Origin: Paraspadella gotoi | Lineage: Eukaryota > Animalia > Chaetognatha | Length of the DNA: 64,000 nucleotides | Assembly: GCA_051294375.1 (NCBI GenBank) | Contig: CM119268.1 | Location: 10,751,538-10,815,537, forward strand | Reading direction: 5' to 3' | In this document: positions 50,903 through 64,000 of the stretch, one piece after another | How positions within the stretch are numbered: position 1 is the first letter of the stretch | Layout: each line of letters starts with the position of its first letter | Translations under genes and position numbers: made by a program | Notes under the pieces: model-generated | Databases searched by the model: none | Told to the model about the DNA's origin: nothing | Seen by the model: the letters and a program-made list of their open reading frames with translations, nothing else

Positions 50903-52063
50903 GAAGAGAGAGAGATCGGAAAAGGATGAGGAGGCGATGAATGCTTGGATCAAGGATTCGAACGGAACAGAATAAAGAAGAATTTTTGAAAAAAGTGTGT
51001 CATTATTAATGTCATTAATGTCAATATTTTTTAAATGATGGATCATTTTCACATAATGATAGATGTGATCAGAGAAATAAATTCAATTATATATTGTTTG
51101 TTTCGCCTTTGAAAAGAATTAATTGGAAAAGACCTGTCAAATTATGACGTACCTTCTCCAACGACAAGGTCCTTTGTTTAGAAGAGCCTTTGCATTTCTC
51201 CAATGGAAATGAAGGAAGTCCGTTTCATTTATGGGAAAAAAAGAGGAGAAACATGGAGATTGGACTTTTTCTTTTCTCTCAATTCCCTCCAAATTCTTTC
51301 TTCTTTTCTCGACGGAGGCATCGAGCAAAGAAAGGAAACTGCTCGTTCAAGTCTTCTCGGCACGAAATTGCGAAGACCCGACGCCTCGACGCGTTAGGGT
51401 TAAACGGGTCCAGACCGAAATCAGCCCGCCGGGTCCACTTTTTGTTCGCCGAGACGAGTCCTCGTCGGGAAGTTTCCTCGGAACGATCACCTCTCTCTCA
51501 CCCTGTTTGCAAGTTGGTGTCGTTGATGGCGTCGGCAATTTGAATTGACTTGGTTTCGCTTTTGATGGGGGAGTAAAATCGAGCCTATCATTGGGATATC
51601 TTATCTTAATATATAATTCAACTCTTTAAAATTATATTTCTGCGTTATGACGTATACTTTATCATCTGTACTTTCAACTTCATTCCTACATATCTTTTTT
51701 TGCTTGGCCATTGCACTCTTTTCTATGCGCCGGTCTTTGCCTTCTCGCTTCTCCTCGCTCTCCTCCCTCACTCTTCTCCTCCTCCTCCTTTACCGTGCCT
51801 CCGTCATCGCCAATTTCATTTCGCTTAACTCCCTACAAGTTCCCCAACTTTCTTCCCCTCCTCCTTTCTTCCTGCTCCTTGATCTTTCTTTCCTTTCCTC
51901 CTTCTCCCATCTTTTTCCTCCTACTTCCTTCTTTTCCCTTTTCTCCTTCCTCCTCATCTCCCTTCTGGCCTCGTCATTGGAATTCCATAATGGCAAAAGT
52001 CAACGACTCGATCCTGACTCGACCGCCACACTGAGCGCNNNNNNNNNNNNNNNNNNNNNNNNN

Positions 52064-52305
52064 TAGAAGCGAAAAGGAAAAAAAAAGGAACAAGAAGGGG
52101 GAAAAAAAATCGAGTAAAATTAAAAAGAGAAAATGGAGAAAGAAAGAAGGCCATGGAAAGAAAAGGAAGAAGGAAAGAAAGAAAGAAAGAATGAGTGAAA
52201 AAAGAAAGAAAAAAAAAGAGAGATAGAAAAAAAAATGAAAAAGAAAGAATGAAAGAAAGAATGAAAGATATAAAAAGAAAAAAAGAAAAAAAGAAACATT
52301 AGGAG

Positions 52306-52376
<71 letters not shown>

Positions 52377-53440
52377 GAGAAAGAAAGAAAGAAAGGTCCT
52401 GACGTGAAAAGGAGAGAGAATGCCTTTTTCTAAAGTTTGCGTGTTTCTGACCTGAGATTAAAACCGATTCCGTTTTATCCTCAATGATTGACGGTGGAAC
52501 CAAGCGAGGGGGGGGNNNNNNNNNNNNNNNNNNNNNNNNNNNNNNNNNNNNNNNNNNNNNNNNNNNNNNNNNNNNNNNNNNNNNNNNNNNNNNNNNNNNN
52601 NNNNNNNNNNNNNNNNNNNNNNNNNNNNNNNNNNNNNNNNNNNNNNNNNNNNNNNNNNNNNNNNNNNNNNNNNNNNNNNNNNNNNNNNNNNNNNNNNNNN
52701 NNNNNNNNNNNNNNNNNNNNNNNNNNNNNNNNNNNNNNNNNNNNNNNNNNNNNNNNNNNNNNNNNNNNNNNNNNNNNNNNNNNNNNNNNNNNNNNNNNNN
52801 NNNNNNNNNNNNNNNNNNNNNNNNNNNNNNNNNNNNNNNNNNNNNNNNNNNNNNNNNNNNNNNNNNNNNNNNNNNNNNNNNNNNNNNNNNNNNNNNNNNN
52901 NNNNNNNNNNNNNNNNNNNNNNNNNNNNNNNNNNNNNNNNNNNNNNNNNNNNNNNNNNNNNNNNNNNNNNNNNNNNNNNNNNNNNNNNNNNNNNNNNNNN
53001 NNNNNNNNNNNNNNNNNNNNNNNNNNNNNNNNNNNNNNNNNNNNNNNNNNNNNNNNNNNNNNNNNNNNNNNNNNNNNNNNNNNNNNNNNNNNNNAAAAAA
53101 AGTGTGTCATTATTTTTAAATGTCATTAAATGTCAATATTTTTTAAATGATGGATCATTTTCACATAAATGATAAGATGTGATCAGAGAAATAAATTCAA
53201 TTATAATTTGTTTGTTTCGCTTTGAAGAATTATTGAAAAGGACCTGTCAAATATTACCTACCTTCCTCCAACGACAGGGTCCTTTGTTTAGCAAAGCCTT
53301 TGCATTTCTCCAAATGGAAAATGAAGGAAGTCGTTTCATTTATTGGGAAAAAAAGAGGAGAAACATGGAGATTGGACTTTTTCTTCTTTCTTCTCATTCC
53401 CTCCCAAAATTCTTTCTTCTTTCTCGACGGAGGCATCGAG
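52064..53440 (+). repeat. Direct copy of ~49495-51325 (gapped)
   Basis: 52064-52515 matches 49495-49969 and 53095-53440 matches ~50989-51325, differing mostly by indels. Confidence 0.85.
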
Positions 53441-54331
53441 NNNNNNNNNNNNNNNNNNNNNNNNNAACCAATGAGCCGATCTTCCAATCTTGAGAAACGA
53501 ACCAACGCCTTCACTGCTCAAAACAAACAACGATCAAAAAAAAAGTTTTTTTTTTCTATTAAAAAAAAAAAAAGCTCGGCGCTGGCCGCGAACCATCAAT
53601 CCGATATAAGCGCCAACACCGTGAATGAAGTGTGAAAATAAAGTGACGCGGGAAAATGAAGAAAAACGGGTGTGAAATGGCAGTGTGAGTCGCTCTGTGA
53701 ACAAGACGTTAACCGAAAGATATGACGGAGGTTGATGTAGCTCAGTGAAAAAGGGCCGTCGAAAGGTTTGGGATGAATGATTCCGTGTTTGGGATTTTCG
53801 AAGATTGGCCAGGGGGAAAGGAGATTGAGAAAGCACTGGCCCATCCGTGCCAGTTTGGAGTAATTCATTAGAAATCTTTCAATTTTGAATCAATCAGCTT
53901 TTAAACTGATTTATGGTTTGGAAGAGTAAAAAACGGCGGTTGGAGTCGATTTCTTCGGCGTTCTTCTATAAATGAACTGATTGAGGCTAGTTAACTTTGG
54001 ACGAACAGGTATCCAGACATTGAACAATCGAGCACCGGTATTCGATCCGGCGCCCGGTTGGATTGAGCTTGACCGCTATGGGCAATCGACCGGGGGGGCA
54101 ATCTAGCCGGCGACGATTGAGTCCAGGGAATGACGCCATATCTGCCGTGCCAATCGGCCGACTGTACTCTGGCGAGAGTCGGGAGGGCTGCGAGGTTCAT
54201 CTCTCTGCGACCCTGTATGAGCGATATTGAGGAAGTAGGAGGGAAGAGCAAAAAAGAAGGGGGAGAAATAATGCAAATCTGCTGCACATTCAAGACGTTT
54301 TGCATGAGAGAGAGAGAGAGAGACGATGCAG

Positions 54332-54370
<39 letters not shown>

Positions 54371-54411
54371 TGAGAAAGTACGAAGAGAGAGACGAGAGAG
54401 AGGCAGGAGAT

Positions 54412-55270
54412 AGCGCTCACGGGTGGTCTGGCGGATGCGGAGGTGTTGACCGTATTTTGCGATTGGATTCCACATGAACGAGGCAAGAGAGGGAGATTGT
54501 AAGGAGGAAAGAGAAAAAGAAATAAGTAAGGAAGTGGAGGAAAGAGATGGGAGAAGGAGAGGAAAAGGAAAGAAAGACCAGGAGGGGAAGGAAAGGAGGG
54601 GGACAAAGTTGGGAAACTTGTAGTCGGGAGTTTAAAGGCGAATATGAAATTGGCGAGACGAGGGGGAAGAGGAGTGAGTAGGCAGGAGCGAAGAAGGGGT
54701 AAGAGGTAGGAGAGGAAGGAGAAAGAGGAGGGAGGAAAAGGGAGGAGAGTAGGACCTGGAATAGGAGGACGTGAACGGAGAAGGCAAAGGACGGCGATAG
54801 AAAAAGAGTGGCAAGTGGCAAGTGAAAAAAGAAATTGTTAAGGAATGAAGTGAGTACAGATGATAAAGTATGACGTCATAACGAGAAATATACATTTTAA
54901 AGAGTGAATTATAGATAAGAATAAGATATCAATGATAGGGCTCGATTTTAACCCTTTCCCCCATCAAAAGCAGAAACAATGTCAGTCAATACGCATGGCA
55001 ACGCGCCAGTACACGACACTACACTAACTGCACATCAAGTTCTAGGTTGAGAGATACGTGCGTGACAGTCCGACTGATGGAATACTTTCCGACGAGGGAA
55101 TCGTCGTCATTCGGCGCGAAACAGAAAATGTGGACCGGGCAACGGCGTGATTTCGGTCTGGACCCGGTTATACCACTAAGGATAGCGTCGAGGCGCTCGG
55201 GGTCTTCGCTAATTTCTGTGCCGTATGAAAGACTTGAAACAGTGGTTTCCATTTCTCCTGTGCATCGATG
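54412..55270 (-). repeat. Inverted noisy copy of ~51319-52038
   Basis: GATAGCGTCGAGGCGCTCGGGGTCTTCGC (~55181) is the approximate reverse complement of GCGAAGACCCGACGCCTCGACGCG (~51370); ends GCGCTCA (54412) / TGAGCGC (52038). Confidence 0.85.
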
Positions 55271-56024
55271 TTTCTTTGAAAAGACTTTGCAGTTTCTTTT
55301 CCCTTCAAAGTTGAGTCAAAACTTCTTCGTTCTTTTTCTGTTGTTCTTTTTGTTTGAGCGAAAGGATTCGAAGGTCGTCCCGAACGCGAGGACGACATAT
55401 GGAGGCGACTGGCGCGACGTTTGCTCAAGGGATTTGTTATGGATTGTTGTTGTCGTTGTAGTCGGTTGGCGCCGAGTTTATTTTTACGTCATTTGTCAGA
55501 CGAACCGAATGCAATTTTATTTATTTATTTTTTTTTTGCTCGGCCCGACTCGTTTTGTTTTGATTAGTATTAACGCGCTTATGCGATGTAAAATTTGAAA
55601 ATAAAAGGCAGTTGCTTGGTTTGAAGGTTCCTTAACTTGGCAAAGTTTTTATTTCTTTCAATTTATATTTTTAAAAATGAGAAATTTTATAATAGTTTAT
55701 TATATGAAAAAATATTAAAAAAAAATGAAACGTAATCATGTAAACTTTTTTCTCACTCATGATAACAAAACACGACAAAAAAACTTATGATTGACGTGTT
55801 TGTTTCGAAATCGCGCGCGTGATTTTCATTTTGTTCAGAAATCTGTTTGTTGGTTGATTAAAAGTAGATGAAAATAATGATCTTTTGTTCTAAACTTTTT
55901 ATTTTATAAAATGCGAACGAAGCGACGCCCAGGGAGAAAACCAAAAAAAAATTGTGATGATTGTCAATGATAATAATTCTCAGTTTTATAAGAGTGAAAT
56001 TGAACCAACAAATTCACGGGTGAT

Positions 56025-56093
56025 TTTCTCATTCTCCCATTCTCCCATTCTCCCATTCTCCCATTCTCCCATTCTCCCATTCTCCCATTCTCC
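56025..56093. repeat. (TTCTCCCA)n 8-bp tandem repeat, about 8 units
   Basis: Seen directly. Confidence 0.9.
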
Positions 56094-56352
56094 CCAAGTC
56101 GTTTCACCTCAGATTTTCTCCTTCCTCCCGTCTGCTTCTCTCATTTCATTTCCTTTTCCTCTCCCGATTCCTCGTCTAAATTCCTGCATAACCTACGCTT
56201 TTTATTCCTTACGGCCGAATTCTTTCCTTTTTTATTTCTTTCTTTTCTGTCCTTTCTTTCTTTCATTTCTTTCTTTCATTTCTTTTTTTCTTTCTTTCGT
56301 TCTTTCTTTCTTTCTTTCTCTTTTCTTTTATTTCTTTCTTTCATTTCTTTTT

Positions 56353-56396
<44 letters not shown>

Positions 56397-56461
56397 TTTT
56401 GTGTCTTTCTTTTAGTTTTTTTAATTTTGTTTTAATTACTTGTTATCTTTTTCTCTCTTCA

Positions 56462-56543
<82 letters not shown>

Positions 56544-57373
56544 TACTTCTTTCTGTCTCTCTTTCATTTTTTTTATTTCTTTCATAAACTCCATCTTTTA
56601 AGTCGATTCCATAAATATTAATCCCCTGCCTGTCAAAGGGTCCTTTGACAAAATTTTTCTCCTTCTGTTTCCTTTTCTTTCTTTTCTCTTTTTTCTTTCT
56701 TTTTAGTTTTTTCTTTTTACTTTTTTTTTCTTTTTACTTTTTTTCTTTTTTTCCGTCTTTTTGAACAAGATTTAACCAAAAAAAAATAATATGAACAACG
56801 ATAAATATATCTTATTAAAAAAGAAAACAAAATCCCCAAGAATTTCCCGATTGGGTGGTCTTTCAGAATTTCTCAACAGAAAAACCTCTTTTCACGGATG
56901 ATCTGAACTCAAGTATGTCACAATCTGTTTGGTGTTCACTCATTACCCTCGTCGATGCTGCCAATTTGAATTTCAAATTGAAATAACAATTTCTTTTTTT
57001 TTTCACGAGGGAGGTCCGGAGGTCGGTCTCGCGTAAGGAATTTCGTAACAAGTTTTGGTAAAATATTAATATATCAAAAACTAAAACTTATGTACAATAA
57101 TATGTACATTGTACAGAGCGAACGCTTCTCCTACTCGATCTTACTCCTTATACCTACCAATTGTTTGCCTTACTCGAAATTTCGCAGCACGACGCACCTT
57201 TTTTTTTCTTCCTCAGAAACAAACACTCGACGAAGCATCAAAGGATCTCTCTTCATTCCTTGTCATGAATGCCGGAGAAAATCTTGTTACGACATCGACA
57301 AAAACGGGGAAGGAAACAAAGGACCCAGATTTTATCTCTCTCTCGCTCTCCTTCTCGCTGATCTCTCTCTCTC

Positions 57374-57409
<36 letters not shown>

Positions 57410-57551
57410 TCTCTCTACTCTCTCTCTCTTTCTGCCGCTGCGACCCTTTGACCAATTCTCTCGCTATACTCCCCAATCTCTATTCACTCCTTTTCTTACC
57501 TTTTTTCTCTTTCACATTACCTCTTTTTTTCCTCTCTCTCTCTCTTCTCTC

Positions 57552-57586
<35 letters not shown>

Positions 57587-60500
57587 CTCCTCTCTCTCGC
57601 TTCTCTCTCTCTCTCTCATCGTCTCTCTCTTGGATACCAAAGCACCTGACACCTATATTTTCCGATCTCATTTTTTTTCGGGACACCATTATTCTATTTT
57701 CCTAAATTGTTCTTTCAGCTTTCTTTTTTCTTCTTTTCTTTTTTTCTTTTCTCCTCAACCTTAAATTCTTTTTCTTGAAATTTGATCCTTGCTTTCGGGG
57801 CTATGCCATCCGTGGCTTAACTGGTCTATCAGCGGGTCTCACGCTTCTCTATAACTATTCGTCCATTCGACCTTTATACCATATACAGTTTATATTCCAA
57901 TTGTATAAGGATAGAGACTGAGAAGGAGCTTATTTCTTTTCATCCTCCCCACCTCTCCTCGACCAACGCACCGCCGTCTAATCTCTCTCTCCTTCTCCGG
58001 GCCATCCGAGCAAAATGCTTTATGTGCAATCAGAAATAACTGTTTAAATTGCTCACATCCCTCTCTCTCACGTGCTGTCTCAATTGCCACCTTCCTCTTT
58101 CCTTCCACCGAGTGTCACTCTAAGGTTCTTCTTCGCATCACGCCTTACCTCACCACAGAACGGTCTTTATATACACACCTCTACTTAACAAAAAATACAT
58201 CACCGCTCGCGTCTCGTCCCATCCTACTACTTTCTCCTAGACCTTTACAATCTACCCGATCTCGTCTCTCCTATATCTCGTCTTCTGTCCACTGTTCTCT
58301 TAAATAAGATTTTAATCTAAGTGATTTTGACACTGTCTCTTCTCTTACATCTAAAATCATCGCAACAAGGTTTTGGCTATCCAATTTCTTATCTCTCTAT
58401 ATCATTCAGTTTGCGGCCTCCCTATTCATCGTTCAAAGACTAGGTGACGAAGAGAAAATAGAGAGAGATCTTGTATAGTAAATAATAGGAGTGAGTACCG
58501 TTTCTACCTAAAGCAAAACAGGGTGTTAGAGAGACGGTAGAATGGTCGCAAGCTTAAATATAAAATCTGGAAAAAGAGATTTGTTCCTACTGATATAGGA
58601 AAGAGAACGTTAGAGGAATTGCCCAGGTCACTAAGATATGAATACGAAACAGGTTTTAAAACGACAAACGAGACGAAAACAAACGCAAGACTGAACGACC
58701 AGGTCTGAACGACTTTAATTTGAAAGCTTTTACACAAAACATGGATTTCAACACCGGGGGAAGTAAAATGAAATGTGAGACTCAGAAAAACGCAACGCGA
58801 CGAGGATGACGCGGGCGTTTTGCATTAATTAGAAAATCGCCCCCAGGGCTAAGAGAGCAAATCAGTTTGGCCATTTTATTGATTATAAAATCATTCTCCT
58901 CCACAGGACTTCGAGTTAGACGCCCCGCTTGGCGCGAGATCCATTGTTTCAGTTATGCATACTCATAAGGGCGGATTCGTTATTCAAATTGCGCATTGCA
59001 CTTGGACTCCCGGACACGGAATTTCAACGAAAAATATATTTGGCAATGAATGTGCAGAGTAATACCCTGGGCCAGAAGCCTTTCCTATTTGAGACCGCGA
59101 CAGAATATATGCTCATTTTATGACTGAAAATTATATAAGCAATGAATAGTTTAAAGAGAGACCTTTGGTTCACGTCTTTGGCCGTTAGCGCATAGATAGG
59201 TTGGACGAGGTCTATGGTGGCCGCCTGAAGCCGATCCAGAAAATTGTCAAAGCTTATTACTGCTGCTGGCTGACAATACGTGAAAAACGCGAAGCTTGGC
59301 CGACCATTTGTGCGGCGACAGTGGGCCCTGACGGCGGCAGCACGTTGACCGATTGGTAGGCCTTCCTTTTTAGTGTTACACTCGGACAGTTTTTTTAGTT
59401 AAAAAAAAGAAAAGATACCTCCGTGTAGAATAATTAAATCCACGGGCTTTCTCCAGCACGCAGAAGAGAAGTCTCCATGAATCTCTGAGGTGGCTAACAA
59501 GGAAAGTCAAGCATTGTAAGATGTAAATATGAGCGTAGGGGCGGCAATCAATTAACTGTAAAAATAATAGATTAAAGGTCTAATAATCTCGCTCGAAAAC
59601 AAAGAAAGGTCGGTGTGGAACAAGAAACACCAGTTCAGCAGATGATTAATCCAACCTCAAGTGCACGCGGAAAATAATATTGAGTAAAAAATGTATATAA
59701 GATGTTCAGATAAAATTGAACCCTAAGAAAACGCATAGACCTATTAGTATTCCTCTTTATTTTTTTAAGTTATCTTTTTTTGAATACATTCAGTATTAAA
59801 CATTTTTTCTCTGAAATAAATCGTTTGAAAGATTATAAGCAATCTGAAAACGTCCGCGGCAAAGAATGAAGTCCCATACAGATCGAGAATTCATTGAAAA
59901 ATTTACCTATGTGTAGTTGCGCCCGTGAACATTTTAAAAAATTTTCGTATAGTTGGTTTCACTTTAAAAGTTACGCGTTCCAGGCCGCCGAGAGACCTTG
60001 AATCTTTAGTTATGAATTCTTTACTATTCTGGAGTCGAGTTCTACAGTATTTTCAATCCCCGTTTTTAGACTCATTTCTTGAGCTGAGAGCTACATCTAC
60101 ATCCGATTAGTTACAGTAACAAATAAAACATCAATCCATAAAAAGTTCAAGTAACCAGCACTAAACAGGGGAGGAAAAAAAAATTGACAAAACTAACAAA
60201 GAATAAAAGATCAAAATTATAGTAACATATAAACATAGATTGATATTGGTTGTTGTGCAATGAGATTCATTCGTTTCGTTCGGACTTCGGACGCCATCGT
60301 TACTTCGTTAACTCGTTCCTTCTTCACGATCGGTTAAGCTCTTCCCTTTCTTCCAACACCTGGTGGACAGAGAACTCTTTCTCCTCGCCTCATACAAGAG
60401 GGACAGCGTCGCGCCTTGTTACGTCGTCGTCGTCTTCTTTTTATTCTTTTCTTTCCTCCTGGCGGCTAAGCTTCTCAACCTTCTTTTCTCCCCTCCACGA

Positions 60501-62100
60501 TTTTTAAAAACAAAAGGCTCGCCCTTTTCTTCTCCCTAATCCCCTTTCTAATCCCTAATCCCCTTCTAATCCTTTCCCGGCCTCAGAAACACCGTCATTA
60601 CCAACGCTTTGCTCTGCGCATCGAACTCACCCTAACATCCNNNNNNNNNNNNNNNNNNNNNNNNNNNNNNNNNNNNNNNNNNNNNNNNNNNNNNNNNNNN
60701 NNNNNNNNNNNNNNNNNNNNNNNNNNNNNNNNNNNNNNNNNNNNNNNNNNNNNNNNNNNNNNNNNNNNNNNNNNNNNNNNNNNNNNNNNNNNNNNNNNNN
60801 NNNNNNNNNNNNNNNNNNNNNNNNNNNNNNNNNNNNNNNNNNNNNNNNNNNNNNNNNNNNNNNNNNNNNNNNNNNNNNNNNNNNNNNNNNNNNNNNNNNN
60901 NNNNNNNNNNNNNNNNNNNNNNNNNNNNNNNNNNNNNNNNNNNNNNNNNNNNNNNNNNNNNNNNNNNNNNNNNNNNNNNNNNNNNNNNNNNNNNNNNNNN
61001 NNNNNNNNNNNNNNNNNNNNNNNNNNNNNNNNNNNNNNNNNNNNNNNNNNNNNNNNNNNNNNNNNNNNNNNNNNNNNNNNNNNNNNNNNNNNNNNNNNNN
61101 NNNNNNNNNNNNNNNNNNNNNNNNNNNNNNNNNNNNNNNNNNNNNNNNNNNNNNNNNNNNNNNNNNNNNNNNNNNNNNNNNNNNNNNNNNNNNNNNNNNN
61201 NNNNNNNNNNNNNNNNNNNNNNNNNNNNNNNNNNNNNNNNNNNNNNNNNNNNNNNNNNNNNNNNNNNNNNNNNNNNNNNNNNNNNNNNNNNNNNNNNNNN
61301 NNNNNNNNNNNNNNNNNNNNNNNNNNNNNNNNNNNNNNNNNNNAACGTAAATTCAATTCCAAGTCAATGGAATCTTTTCTCTCCCAGAAGTTCGCTCAGA
61401 ATATAACGTTTTCAAAATGGATCAACATCCAAAGCAGAAATGATATTTATGAGCAAATGACTTTACAAGTTAAGNNNNNNNNNNNNNNNNNNNNNNNNNN
61501 NNNNNNNNNNNNNNNNNNNNNNNNNNNNNNNNNNNNNNNNNNNNNNNNNNNNNNNNNNNNNNNNNNNNNNNNNNNNNNNNNNNNNNNNNNNNNNNNNNNN
61601 NNNNNNNNNNNNNNNNNNNNNNNNNNNNNNNNNNNNNNNNNNNNNNNNNNNNNNNNNNNNNNNNNNNNNNNNNNNNNNNNNNNNNNNNNNCTTGAACCGG
61701 AAGACATCATTGACGACGATGACGACGACGTATATGGCGACGACGACGACGAAGAATACGACGACGTTGAAAGAATATGTGAATCAAATATTGTAACCAA
61801 GCAAACAAATCGGGAATATTGTACGGTAACGAGTTGAACGGCAACCACGTGGGGCCAGTCGATGCGCAGGTTTCGAATTCGAGCCCTTTGAGATCAGTGT
61901 TTGAATCTGTCACCAATGTGACGAGCTTCCTTTTCATATCATTTCAAAGAGTAAAGAATTATGATAAATTCACTAAACCGAAAAACTTTCGGGCAACAAA
62001 AACCCCGGGGTGATGATGATGATGACGACGACTGTGACTGTGAAGTCGAAGAAAACACGATGAAAACCAAGTCGCGCTCATTTGCATAATCCATTTCACG

Positions 62101-62152
<52 letters not shown>

Positions 62153-62810
62153 GCCTCAAAAGCTCTTATATGCATACGAAGCAATAACCGAGGGACATGA
62201 AGTTAAGTCGCCGACATTTTCCTAACATAATCATTTTTACCCCCAAATCTTTCTGGTATGAAAAAATAGTTTTATCTGCGATAAACGCCAACTTTTGATG
62301 CGTAAAAACCGTTGTTTAAATGTTTTAAGCTGATTTCTGAGAATTTCTTTGCCGAGTTGTTTCGCATCGGTTTGACCTTTGCTTTTTAAGCTTTGAAAAT
62401 GTTAATTCTAATCTTTTTAATTAATAACGACCTGGCGCTTAAAAATAAACAAAATAGGCATATCACATCAAATATTTGACAATTTTATTCGTCACAGGGC
62501 AAATAAAAATATTCATGCATACATAGATATTGTAAAAAATGTTGTATATATAATAATATATAAATAAAATAAATATTTATATATAAATAAAATAAATATA
62601 ATATGTATAATAATAATAATATATAATATAATTTATAATTTGTACAATTTGTAATAACAACTGAAAAAAATCTCATTTTATAAAGATATTCAAGCCACAT
62701 AAATAAATTATGGAATCGATCTTCTATTTTGCAATCGTCATACAACTATGATGCAAGAAAGCGTGAAGGAAGAAATGCCAAAAAGCTCATCGAATCTCCA
62801 TTTATCGTCT

Positions 62811-62970
62811 TCAATGAAGCAACTGAAACAAGACTGCAGCAAGGACGATGGCTGCTGTGGTCGGCGTCCCGGAAACGAGGCGGGAACCGACGTCATCTGG
62901 CGGAACTGGACAAACCTCCATGACTTTCTCGTCGCCGCATTGACAGAAGTAAGGGCAGTGGCCGAAGGAA
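62811..62970 (-). CDS. Locus C terminal exon of a cysteine-rich, probably GPI-anchored protein (SSFGHCPYFCQCGDEKVMEVCPVPPDDVGSRLVSGTPTTAAIVLAAVLFQLLH*)
   Basis: Acceptor ccttttcccaaaccgcag|; phase 2 matches the previous exon; TGA stop; small residues, a spacer, then a hydrophobic C-terminus with no cytoplasmic tail. Confidence 0.75.
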
Positions 62971-63305
62971 CTGCGGTTTGGGAAAAGGTGAGGGAATTTA
63001 ACGTTAAGAGAATCGTATGGCAACAGCCGTGTTGCTTGTGATGCCCATTGAAGACCAGATGAAAAAATGTTAAAACTTCACAGAATTAATGTTTATTTAT
63101 GGCGAAATAAGACTGTACTTAGAAAGATTCTAAATTCGCTCTAGTAAATAGGAATTATTTTTTATTTTATGTTTGAAATAAATATAGGAAGACGAAGTTA
63201 AATGCTATTCAACCATGAATAAATCATTACTTCATCTGGTATGCAAATAAGCTAATATGATTTTTTAAAATTCTCACTTAACAAAATATTTTTAAACTTT
63301 CCCAC

Positions 63306-63516
63306 CTGTCGGTCACATTGACGCAATCCGCGAGTTTCTCGGCAACGAATCCTTCCTCCACAGCTGCTTTGGCCTCGGCGAGACTCAGTCCGCCATGGGC
63401 GCTGCAGTTCAGCTTGGCTTCGCCCGGATAGCACTGACAACACCAGCGAACAACAGCGCTGTCTTCTCCGTCCTGTTCATAATGTAAGGGCAATAGATAT
63501 CATCAACGGAAGGGAC
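63306..63516 (-). CDS. Locus C exon (VPSVDDIYC/PLHYEQ...RWCCQCYPGEAKLNCSAHGG...LADCVNVTD); one base missing
   Basis: 59-nt upstream intron with acceptor tctgcctatag|; donor CAG|GTGGGA; 211 nt where 212 would give a continuous frame. Confidence 0.7.
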
Positions 63517-63575
63517 CTATAGGCAGACTTGATCGGCTATGTGATGTGATAGGGCGTTCTCTTTGTGAAACTTAC

Positions 63576-63733
63576 CTCATCCGAACCGCATACTGGTATT
63601 TCGTTTTTGGCACATTGGTCCCCGACGCAGTGCCACTTGGCCACCCAGTTGGTCACCGTCTCAAATGCCGCAGCTTTTGCTGTTCCATTAACGGAGCCAG
63701 GATTTGTAATGGATGTTGATGTCAGAGCTCGGC
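63576..63733 (-). CDS. Locus C exon (RALTSTS...WVAKWHCVGDQCAKNEIPVCGSDE)
   Basis: Acceptor tttcaatgtcag| and consensus donor GAG|GTAAGT; 158 nt, phase 1 in and phase 0 out. Confidence 0.75.
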
Positions 63734-63937
63734 CTGACATTGAAATTGCAACATAATTGTATCTAGCTTTACACAAACTTATTTACGTACAATATCAAAA
63801 ATAGTATAAGCAGTTTAATGTGCTACAAATAAAATTACAAATTTGGTAAATATATAAGTTATTATTATTACATTCCAGAATCCAGAGGCGCGCAAATAAA
63901 ATAATTTAAACTCGACCAAAGCAATCAAATTTCTCAC

Positions 63938-64000
63938 CGTTTTCCCAATTAAGAATTTCTTTAATATCCATGAATTCGGATTCAAATTTCCCGCCAAAAT
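63938..64000 (-). CDS. Locus C exon running off the window end (FGGKFESEFMDIKEILNWEN-G)
   Basis: Open frame to donor ACG|GTGAGA; phase 1 matches the next exon. Confidence 0.55.

Noticed and set aside
58900-59370. Coding-like composition, possibly a decayed transposase
   Set aside because: No recognisable motifs, long ORF or splice pair.
25984-61344. Long ORFs containing X runs
   Set aside because: They are open only because they read through N gaps.
63981-64000. E2F+CHR promoter-like motif TTTGGCGGGAAATTTGAA on the minus strand
   Set aside because: It lies in an open frame (FGGKFE) continuous with a phase-matched exon of locus C, so coding sequence is the simpler explanation.

Overview
Eukaryotic, probably invertebrate metazoan, draft-scaffold DNA. 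It has GT-AG spliceosomal introns, abundant (GA)n, (GAC/TCG)n and (TTTC)n microsatellites, many N gaps (six of exactly 25 N) and stretches of indel-rich, long-read-like consensus. Most ORF-track entries are microsatellite or gap artefacts. Real coding signal: (1) a minus-strand multi-exon locus at ~13580->2826, with phase-consistent 5' exons, a candidate dsRNA-binding-motif-like segment, a long P/S/R-rich region and a clear but frameshift-riddled NEK-like Ser/Thr kinase domain at the 3' end; (2) scattered minus-strand exons at ~19-44 kb, one possibly Ig-like; (3) the last four exons of a minus-strand cysteine-rich protein with a GPI-signal-like C-terminus at 64000->62811. Non-coding signal: a tRNA-derived SINE-like structured element in two tandem copies, a degenerate Penelope-type minimal hammerhead ribozyme inside a 29-bp inverted repeat, an ETS/YY1-rich promoter-like block, clustered AGGTCA direct repeats, an 86-bp palindrome and several minisatellites. 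Duplications and an inversion at 4.8/14-17.5 kb and 49.5-55.3 kb are probably assembly artefacts. All translations and alignments were done by eye; no databases were searched.
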